A DNA stretch of 64,000 nt from Rhizodiscina lignyota. Taxonomy: Eukaryota. The stretch covers positions 310,001-374,000 of the forward strand of contig ML978133.1 of the NCBI GenBank assembly GCA_010015805.1, given 5' to 3'. The notes under the pieces were generated by a model. The model made no database searches, had not been told where the DNA came from, and saw only the letters and a program-made list of their open reading frames with translations. A program made the translations under genes and the position numbers. This document shows positions 27,657 to 37,347 of this stretch, in pieces; position 1 is the first letter of the stretch; every line of letters begins with the position of its first letter.

Positions 27657-28003
27657 ATGTCTTTCTGTATAGAGTATCATGCCTAAAACAGGGGACAAGA
27701 ACGATAGATCTCGCTACCGTGGTTTGCTAGCTCTTTCGCTGCCTAGTGGGGGGGGGGGGCTGGCTTAGCGCTCGTACCTACAAAACTATATACCCATCTG
27801 TTGTTGTGAGTGAGTGCACAGTTTACTTTAGAATCCTAGCGGTGGCTTTTAACTCCTGGGCCCTACTAGCTTCAGCGAAAGAGCGAGAAACCCACGGTAG
27901 ACTTCTGTGTAGCTCGCTTACGGTTATTCTACAGCGCTAAAAATACTATGTCTTGCTGTTTAGAGTATCATACCTACAAGAGGAACGATAGATCTCGCTA
28001 GAC
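27657..28003 (+). repeat. Local direct duplication; the first copy is interrupted by the MITE
   Basis: atgtctttctgtatagagtatcatgcct...aacgatagatctcgcTA[MITE]TAgac (from 27657) vs atgtcttgctgtttagagtatcatacct...aacgatagatctcgcTAgac (27948-28003). Confidence 0.8.
27717..27897. mobile_element. Small TA-flanked MITE (181 bp)
   Basis: Left end ccgtggtttgctagctctttcgctgcctagtggg pairs with right end ccctactagcttcagcgaaagagcgagaaacccacgg. TA at 27715-16 and 27898-99. Confidence 0.78.
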
Positions 28004-28149
28004 CTGTATCTAGTTTCACATCGCTTCCGGCCGTAAATCAGTTGCGGCACTGTCGTCTTAATATTAGATAGATATAAGAGGTATTTGAAAGTACCTGGAA
28101 TTCTCTTTCCAACTTCGTCTCAAACCATAAACTAGACTCATCTTTCAAC

Positions 28150-28359
28150 ATGAAGTTTTCTATCGTTCTGCTTTCTATCTTTGCAGCTGGATCAATGGCA
28201 TCCCCTGTTGCGCAGACCACTAGTCTAGCAGCCTCGCCCACAGCTACTGTCGGACCCAAAACCCCACAGGATGAGGCAGTTATCAAAGCTCTCGTCGAAA
28301 ATAAGATCCTCCCAGATTACTACGACGGCCCTTATGGAATGGGAATCATCAAAGTCTAA
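28150..28359 (+). CDS. Small secreted peptide, candidate RiPP precursor (69 aa)
   Basis: Good start context (caacATG), TATAAG at ~28073, signal peptide MKFSIVLLSIFAAGSMA-SP, Tyr-rich C-terminus ILPDYYDGPYGMGIIKV, and a canonical intron just after the stop (GTATGT 28363, CTAAC 28396, CAG 28410). Confidence 0.78.
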   Translation: MKFSIVLLSIFAAGSMASPVAQTTSLAASPTATVGPKTPQDEAVIKALVENKILPDYYDGPYGMGIIKV

Positions 28360-28456
28360 TTTGTATGTTACGAAGGATCCTGTGATATTAAAAATCTAAC
28401 ATTGGATCAGGTGTTTTCAACAGCCCCGAAAGGCTGGGATCCCGGAGTCGGATGTT

Positions 28457-28547
28457 GATAGTTGAGGTGGTAGTTGAGGTGGATAGTTGAGGCGGATAGT
28501 TGAGGCGGATAGTTGAGGTGGAAAGTTGAGGTGGATAGTTGAGGTGG
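28457..28547 (+). repeat. 13-bp minisatellite (GATAGTTGAGGYG), about 7 copies
   Basis: Directly visible tandem units with minor variants. Confidence 0.9.
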
Positions 28548-29143
28548 TTCGTCTTGTCTGTACCTAATAGGCTATAACGTCACAATGAGTCACCCCTTTG
28601 TATAAAGGGGTCATAGTCTATCGTATAGTTGAGCAGAAATCACTCCTTCAGGACACTAGCTGCAACAAGACCTACCGCAGTGTGTTGATTGAGACTGTCC
28701 CACCACTATGCGATCACCCGCCACCATGCAATCGTCCATCATTATGTGATAGCATACGCTATCCTATGTATCCAGGCTCAGCATCTCCAGTAGATTGGAT
28801 GAAGCATTCCAATCAACGAGTATTGGTCAAGCCGTCGATCGTTTCTCGTGCACCATTGATCGCAGCTTTAGTTGCTCCTTGCTCAATCGCGACTGTGGGA
28901 GTCTCTTCGAAGTTCGAAGTGCTAGGGAGAATCCGCAGGAGAATTATATGGTTCCAAGCTTTGAAGACAGTCTACTTTCGGAACATGTATAGCAACAATC
29001 TTTGCTGGGTGGAGGAAAGAGGCGTCGATGGCTTTTCAGACTGCATCGATGTCCATATATCCACACTAAGCGTTGAAGGTGAGAACTAGCCCTGTTCCCT
29101 CACTGCCCGGTGGCCCAGCACAACTTTATATTGCCACTAAAAG

Positions 29144-30639
29144 CTAAGTAGTTGTAGACATTTTGCCACCCACGGTCTCGTTTGCGAAATATAGCCAGCT
29201 CCAGTGCTCTTCGGGGCTGTCCCACAGGCTCTGCATCGTCATAACATCCTCATCTTTCGGTCCCGCCAACAGTATCGCCAACTCTATGCTTAGCGCTGCG
29301 TACATTTTCGTCTTCTCTTTTTGGCCTATGAAGCTACACTCTAGCGCTGCATGTAGGTATGCGTTGGCGAGGATGTTTTCTAGGCCCTCCTGCTTTACCA
29401 GTGAAATGAGTAGCTCTGCATCATCAATAGTCGCTGTACGATTGACAGACTGGTCAGAGAGCCTGTCAAAAAGGTCACTAATGACCACGAGGCGAGAATC
29501 GGAGATGTCGGTATAGAAACGGGGCTGGTTGCATCGTGGACAGGTACAATTGAAGCCACAGTTGCTGTAAAGAAAATCTAAACGCTTCTGCCGAACCAGC
29601 AGAGGGTTTATGTCTAGTAGCGACGTGGTTAGCATTAGTGTCCTACAAGTCATGTGCATACTACGCCAGTCATACATTGCATGTAGAACTCTTCGTTAGG
29701 GTCGATATCTCTGATTGCGTGGAAGTGCTGCGTCCAGGTGTCGGGATCTAGAAAGGAAACTACACTTTATACACTTTAGCGAATTTCGAAATGCACGAGT
29801 CTATGCACCTACTTCGGCCTGCACGCATGATTCAGTCGCTGTATCTGGTGATTAGTGTATAGCAAGCATCTTGAGCGGGTACAGCTCACCGCGGTCTCTG
29901 GGACGACGATCAAGTAATCTTTTCCGTCGCTACTAAGCTCCGTCCTGAAGGCGTTGGTAGCGATGATATCGTTTACCAAATCTCCACCAAATTGGCCATG
30001 CAGAGCTAGATAGGCCTCTCTCGTCTTCTGGGGAAGCCTCGCAACACCACGCTTCTGTAAGAACTCCCGGTCGCTATTCGGCATGGCCTTGTATATCTTC
30101 GTATTGATGACCAGTACGGGAGTATGGGAAAAGATTCTATCCCCACGATATATTCTAGTGTTTGCAATTAGACCAATACCTCGTCCTGGCCGCGCGCGAG
30201 CTTCGTAGATAAAGGGCGGTTCCGTGTTTGCTCCCCGGAGAGCCTCTTTATTCGTAAAAGCTGCCATCTCTTCAATTGACTTTGCGGCGGTTGGAGTGGT
30301 AATAACTGATACACCGCGGCTGTCCGCAAAAGTGAGACTCGTGTAGAGGCAAAACGGTTCGATATCATTACTGCTCTCTACGCAGTCCGGTTTATACGAC
30401 CATGGGGGCGTGATTTCAAGCTCCTGCACCACGCGGTGATGTCGATGGGTAGACTCGATCCGAAGTGTCGTTGGAAGATCAAGACCAGGCTGTTCGCGCC
30501 AATCGCAAATCGGGCTAAATCCGAGAAATTCAGAAAGCAACGAAATAGAACAACTGCCAACGCCCAGCTGCATAATCTCAGGGGCAGAGGCTTGGGAGAG
30601 GGACGCAATTACCAAGAAAAGAAAGAGCGGCATATTCAT
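29144..30639 (-). CDS. SET-domain methyltransferase with an N-terminal signal peptide (4 exons)
   Basis: Hydrophobic leader MNMPLFLFLVIASLSQAS, SET motifs PGRGIGLIA, RLNHACRPN and HAIRDIDPNEE, post-SET GFNCTCPRC, and a helical C-terminus ending PEEHWSW. The second intron needs an AAG acceptor to stay in frame. Confidence 0.85.
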
Positions 30640-31283
30640 CGTCAATGTCCAGGCGTTCAGATGGCGAAGAGACTAGAGTTCCAGTTCCACCGCACAGCGG
30701 GATGTTTAATGTATGCGTTGGAGTTCAGCTACCAGCTTCCGAGCCAGATGCACGCCTACGCGATGTTTGGGAGCCCAGAAGCGAACGGATAAATAGGCGA
30801 CTTTTCGTCCACTCGGCACAATGGGAGGCCGTAAGGATTGAATCAAGTCAACCGCTTCTCCTGGATACAAGAACATCGTACAAGAAAAGCCAATGGAAGT
30901 TTGTGAGACATGTGGGTCAGCTTACGAAGGGGCTAGTGTCCACGGCTGGATTTAGTTAGTGTATGCCAAAGGAGCCGCATACACTAAATTTTTGCGGCAA
31001 AACGCCGGCCTCTTGCATTTACTCCCTGGATAATGGCCCCTTCGTACTGTAATATCCCGTACTGCTAGCACTTAGGCTTCGTATTTGCTATTGATATGTT
31101 AGAACCATGCTAGCTCCATCGTGCAGACGTGCTTGCAAATTACGATTGGAGAATGGGAATATCAACCCTTGTATGATAGGCTGGTATAAGAAATGTTGTT
31201 GTCCACCGGATATGCAGGACACTTACACGCTTTGAGGCAGCATAGCTTGCAGACTTTCAATATCTTGCCTTACCGACGTCAAC

Positions 31284-33441
31284 ATGCTGTGGTATTTTCT
31301 CTTTATTGCGAGCTCAGCACTTACTACTGTCTTAGCAGCCCCAGCCAGCCATGTGCTCCACGAGAAACGGGATTCTAGGAGGCAGCTCCCTCGGCGACGT
31401 GTGGAACCCGATGCCTGGATTCCCATTCGAGTGGCGCTTAGGCAGAGCAACCTGGATGCCGGCCACGAGCGTTTGATGCAAGTGTCACACCCCCGCTCAC
31501 CAGACTATGGCAAGCATCTGTCTCGAGAAGATGTGCACAACCTTTTTGCTCCAGTCGAGGAGAGCATCAAGGCTGTCAAAGATTGGTTACTCAAATCAGG
31601 TATCAAGACCGGGTCGGTTGTCGACTACGCGAATAAGGGATGGCTCGCCGTGGACATGCCGGCTCGACAGGCGGAACTTCTTTTCCATACCCAGTATTAT
31701 GAGTATTACCATACCGACGGCGCACGGATCGGCTGCGACAGCTACTACCTACCGAGCGAAGTTGCCGGACATGTAGACTTCGTCAAGCCGGGGGTTAAGC
31801 TTTCAGGAACCCTCAAGAAGCGACAAGTGGAGAGGAGAGATATTCTCTCAAGACCTGTTGGCCCGTGGGAAAAACCACACCACATTCATCCTCGACATGA
31901 TCCGGCCTACTCAATGTTTCCAGGAGCCCATGCGCTCGCTCCAGACCTGCAAAACTGTGGAGTCAACATAACCCCAACTTGTATCAAAGCTCTTTATGGC
32001 ATTCCACCAGCAAGTCATAGTGATCCTGTAAACGCCATGGGACTTTTCGAGCATTTCGACGCATTCGCACAGGAGGACATCGATCTTTTTTTCAAAACTT
32101 TCGCCCCCAATGTCCCACAAGGAACTTCACCAACCGTACTCTCTGTCGATGGCGGCACAGCACCAGTAGCTCCAAGTGATTTGCGCAATGGGGCAGAGTC
32201 AGACAGCGACCTCGACATATCTTATGCACTAATTTACCCCCAAAATGTCACTGTTTACGAGATTGACGATCTACCCAACTCTTCGGGTGAAACAAACAAG
32301 ACTGGGTTTCTCAACACATGGCTTGATTCAATCGATGGGAGCTATTGCAGCTATTCCGCTTTCGGAATCACTGGAAATACTCCAAGTATCGATCCCACGT
32401 ATCCGGATCCGCTTCCTGGTGGCTTTAATGGGAGTCTAGAGTGTGGTGTGTACGAGCTTACTCGTGTTGTGAGCATTTCGTACGAGGAAGCTGAAATTGA
32501 CCTTCCAAAACGTTATGTAGAACGCCAATGCAACGAGTTTATGAAGCTCGGTCTGCAAGGACATTCTATCGTCGTGCCCACTGGGGATTACGGTGTTGCC
32601 ATTTTCCCTGGTGCGAACGGGAACGAGTTTGGATGTCTCTCTGGCTTCGGACAGAACGGAACCATTTACAACCCGAACAATCCTTGCGGCTGTCCATACG
32701 TTACGGCGGTCGGTGGAACGCGTTTATATCCTAACCAGACCGTCATTGATAGAGAGAGTGCGATGCAGGTCAATATCCAAGCTCTTCATCCAAGCCTACC
32801 ACCGGCCTTCGCCCTCTCCTCCTCTGGCGGAGGCTTCTCCAATTATTTCACCCAGCCTTCATACCAGAGAGCTGCAGTCCAAGGCTATCTTTCGAACCAT
32901 AACACTCTACCATACTACCTTGCTAATGAGGCTGCAACAAACATTGGAGCAAACGGTGGTGTATATAATCGTGCTGGGAGAGCATATCCTGACGTTTCCG
33001 CGAATGCGGCCAACTTGCTGGTCTTCAGTGATCTTACGGTATTTCCTAACTTCGGGACAAGCTCGGCATCTCCCATATTTGGGTCTGTCTTGACGCTTCT
33101 AAACGAAGAACGAACAGCAGTTGGCAAAGGCCCCATTGGCTTTGTGAACCCGGTATTGTACGAGTGTAAGTGGTACAAGTGGCTGCAAGCTTCTCAATAT
33201 CGGGGCGTATTGCTAAAGGTTTCCATAGACCCGGAAGTACTTAACGATATTACGAATGGCTCAAATCCAAATTGTGGTAAGTCTCCTTGCGCAATTGCAA
33301 AATGATCAAAGAGTTCGAGAAGTTGACCGAATATGCTTAGGCTCCTCAGGCTTTCAAGCGGCCAAGGGTTGGGATCCTGTCACAGGTTTAGGTACTCCAA
33401 ATTTCCCGAAAATGCTTGAGCTGTTTCTGGCTCTGCCATAG
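31284..33441 (+). CDS. Secreted S53 sedolisin / tripeptidyl-peptidase (aorsin-like), 2 introns near the 3' end
   Basis: Signal peptide, Pro-kumamolisin prodomain (VSHPRSPDYGKHLS), ITPTCIKALY, ESDSD, GDYG, SGGGFSNYF, GRAYPDVSA, GTSSASP, DITNGSN and GWDPVTGLGTP. Confidence 0.93.
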
Positions 33442-34135
33442 GCAGCCTTGGAGGGGTTATGAGGTATGGTGCAGCTGGCTCCAGCCAACATGGTCGCATA
33501 GCATGAGGGAGGGTCCTGGGCTGGTGATTCGGGAGGGGTGTCCCAAGGAGCACGGGATAGTATGGACAGTTGCGAGGTGGGCAGTCTGTCGACAGATGTC
33601 CAGGAGGCGGAAGCTTTGGAGGTTGACCGCGAGGACGATGAGCATGAGCGTTGGGCTGGTTTCGACGTGCATTGGGGTCTGAGTCGGTCAATGGACGCAT
33701 GCAAGACTAAGAGAAGAATCTCGTAATAAAAGAAAATACACTCACTGCATACACAGCGAGTCATATTGCCTTGCAGTAAAGTTGGACTTGTGCCATAATC
33801 TGAAGGCTGGGCCACATGCAGATAAGAAGTTCAGTTCTTTCCGAGTGATGCTTAGCGTGGAAGAGGCTCCGCCACGTGACCTGGCCTAGTGGGGCCTCGG
33901 AACGTTATCTCAGCATGCTCAGACTTCAACGTTTGCCCAGATTCCACTCAAGAAGAAATCAATAGCCAATGTGTGAGCATTTATATATTAAACATTACTA
34001 GCAGTGTTTAGGAAGTAAACGGCACATCTCAAGTAAAACTGAACATACGCCAGCCTCATTAAAGCATTCACCACCCTCACTTGGAAGTTGGTCAATACAG
34101 AGTCTCCTCTCCAGTTTGATATAAGTCCACCGCCG

Positions 34136-35240
34136 TCATGAGGCCTCACAATTGCCAATGAAGAACGCAATGCTGGGCGTGAAATTGACAGTCATCTCAA
34201 GATCCGTCTCCTCTGTGTCGTCCGCGAAGACCCTAACGCGCTTCACCTCTTTACAGCCCAACCGCGATTTATGATTGAGCAGCAACCAGGCAACGCCTTC
34301 GCCATTTGGAGTACCCAATAAAGCTTTGGCCGACTCGTCCTCGATTGGGCTATCTTTAGCTTCGTTGAAGTATCCATACTGGTTGCCAGATTCCTCGACT
34401 ACCCTGCGGGCAGCTGCGAGCGTTATCTTGTCCGTGATACCACAGCGGACGATGAGGTTGATGTTTGTAATGTGGTCTTGAGCTAGTCTTTGCCATTCGA
34501 GGAAGACAATGTCTGACCAGTAACGCAGAGCAGGGACGTGATACTTCCCGGCCTGGTAGCCCTCTTTGTCCGCTTTGAGGAACGCCCCCTGTGGGCTGAG
34601 ATTCCGCAAAGCAAATATGGCACCATCGAGAGGGTCGTAGAGTTGGGTGAAATGCGGCATTTCAGATTGTTCGGGCTTCTAAAAAGAGTCAGTGAGTAGT
34701 TGTGGACGGGAGTACACGAACCCGCCTCTCCGCTTTTGGCAAGTTGTGTTGAGAATCCCCCCAAGCCGAATGAATTTGTCTCATATCGTTCAAACCCTTA
34801 AAACTTAAGGTGTGATAGAGGGTGCTAAACTGGTGCTTGAAAATCCGACCGTATCCCGTCTCACTCGTTTTCCAATCATTCTGCTCGAGACTCTCGTAGT
34901 TCGTCCACTTGCTCTCAGAACCCTCATGCTTGCCATTGTTTATTTCGGAAAGAATGTGAGTTGCGGCGTTGGCATCTTTGGCGCGCATCGCATCACCCAG
35001 TATTCCACCTTTGCAAATCAGCCTCTGCCAGGTGCTGTCATCGGCCGGTCCAATGTGCTCGAGGGATATTTGTCTGGTGCCACGAATCACATAGCGCCCC
35101 AAAGACTCGGTGACGCTTGAAGAGAGCGGGGGAGGAAGAGAAACGGATTGAACATGACGATTTCTTGCTGCGTCGGAAATGGCTCCCTGAAAGAGCGACA
35201 AGACATAGACAAAGGCGAGATTGAGAATCATACGATGCAT
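34136..35240 (-). CDS. Secreted protein of unknown function, tandem paralog 1
   Basis: Signal-like MILNLAFVYVLSLFQGAIS, WQRLICKG, one phase-0 intron (~34679-34722), PALRYWSDIVFLEW and ALLGTPNGEGVAWLLLNHKSRLGCKEV. Confidence 0.75.
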
Positions 35241-35688
35241 GGCCGGAGCGGTAGACTGACCAAGATTATTGAAGCTGCTGAGGACTGAGGCAGAACATAC
35301 GCTTAAAAGGATTACTGCAAACTGCAATGACGGCGTTCGAGGCATCACTCTACGTAAGTACCGGCTTCGTTGATCCCGCGGCGATTATGCGGATACGTGA
35401 CCAAGAAGCCTGTGATAATGCGTAAATGCCGCGAAAACAATACCTTTCCTCAAGGCATACTAGGTCACATTTCACTAGATATTGGGCTTAGCTGATTAAC
35501 ATTAAGCTTGAGGCGAGTCGAAATAAAGGAAGAACGCAGACAAGGCAAAGAGCATTAGTAGATAAGTATGAACCATTGCTCCGTGATAGCCAATTCAACC
35601 ATTTCCCGATGTACGAAGTAGAGATATCCCGAATGCGACACCACTCTCCACATTAGACTCGCATACCAAATTCCTCCAAGCTACTACC

Positions 35689-36891
35689 TTAACAATCATC
35701 GATGTAGAAAGCATACGAGACTGGTGAGACTACGTCGTGGGTCTTCCAGTCCACCAGATCTTGAGGTGAATCCATCAGAAAAATCTTGATATGGGTAACC
35801 TCTTTGCGACCCAGCTGGGCCTTGTGCTCTATCAAAAATAAGGAAACACCCGTTCCAATGGGTGTTCCCAGCAGTGCTTTGCCGGCTTCTGAAGAAGCGA
35901 TAATCTTGTCCATCTCTTGGAAACCTTTAAATTGCCAAGCTCCTCGCTCTAATGCCCTCTCGGCGACTTCCAAGGTAAGTTCACCCTCGTCGGTTCTAAG
36001 GTCTGACCCTCGAATAATAAGATTGATATCTTTCACTTTGTCCTTGGCGAAACGTTCCCAGCTTAGAAACGTAACGTCGGCCCATTGGCTAAGGGATGGA
36101 ATGGAATTAATTGGAAGGATGCCCTTGGCCTCCAGCTGATCGAACACATATCGAGGACTTGTGGATGACAGCTCGAGAATGGCACCGGCTTGTATACTGT
36201 ACGCTGCAGCATAAGAAGCTGAGACAACCTAGAGAGTCATTAGTCTATTTTAAGCAAGACTTTATTGAGTGCTTACAGGATTATCGGCAAGCTCTTGAAG
36301 CTCCGCGTCCCAATACCACGCATAAATCTGAGTCTTCGAGCCCATGAAGTTGAGATCATCCATAGCGCTACCGTAGAATTTGTCCAGAAATGTCCAGCCT
36401 GTTCCAAAGCTTTCGTGCAGCACCCAGTCGTTATCCGCAAGATCGTCGAAGAACATCCAAAGGCTTTGGAATTCGGTTTTATATTCATCACGCATCTGTT
36501 CGAGAATTTGACCACCTCGACATTCATAGACCTGCCACTCGCTTTCAAAGGCCATGCCTTGCGGAAGGCCATCACTAAGCAACTTTTCCCAGGTCTCTTT
36601 CCAGCTCTTCGAGTTGAAGAGGGATTCGGAATCGGGGTAGACTTTCCGTTTCGAGTTTGGCCTATGTATGGTATTGACTTCGATGTCCGAACGACCACGG
36701 AGTCCATCGGGACGTTTGTGAGGAGGGCTCAGCGTAGTATGCGTAAAAACAAAGGAGATCGTCCAAACAAGAAGTACGCATATATACGCCTTCGTCGTGT
36801 CGATGCGAAGCGGTTGATGAACAAAGGCGAGAAAGGTGATCACGCAGTTGGTACATGTGCGTTCTGGACTGCTGAAAAGAAAGTGGAACAT
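35689..36891 (-). CDS. Secreted protein of unknown function, tandem paralog 2 (start uncertain)
   Basis: WQVYECRGG, phase-0 intron (~36229-36276), PSLSQWADVTFLSW and ALLGTPIGTGVSLFLIEHKAQLGRKEV. Confidence 0.7.
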
Positions 36892-37347
36892 CCAAGACTC
36901 CAACCGGAGGTATATATATGAGAGAACGAAGTTGATGATGCAATAGGACTCTCCTTGACGTCATGCCTAAGCTCCATCAAGACAGTCATACTTTGAGAGT
37001 CGGGGAGACGCGAATGTCCAACATGCTCCGCGGATGTCCTGGTTTCGAAATTCTGCCTTCAGACATTGAGAGGTGTGACGTAGAAGAGACTGGCCCTAAG
37101 AGCTTCTCTCTGCTTTATAAGGTAGTGACTTGATGAGCTGTTATCGTGTGCCTTGGAAATGAAAAAGAAATGATTTCATAATTAGTGCGAAGCAAAACCA
37201 AACATATAAATCAGCAATCCCAAGAAAGTCAGGTAACCAAGTTTTCCCCCTATTAGCTATTAAATCCATTCTGTGATTCCGCCAAGACCTTGTCAATCAG
37301 GCATCAATGGCAGTAGAACGCGTCCATGATCAAGTCGATTGCCATCA

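Noticed and set aside
28457..28547. CRISPR-like array or repeated RiPP cores
   Set aside because: The units are contiguous with no spacers, the 13-bp period breaks frame, they lie after the stop, and the context is eukaryotic.
28598..29089. 163-codon ORF inside the candidate RiPP cluster
   Set aside because: TTG start, no signal peptide or motif; unsupported without RNA data.
33441..33830. Short ORFs downstream of the sedolisin as a second precursor
   Set aside because: No credible signal peptide or start context.
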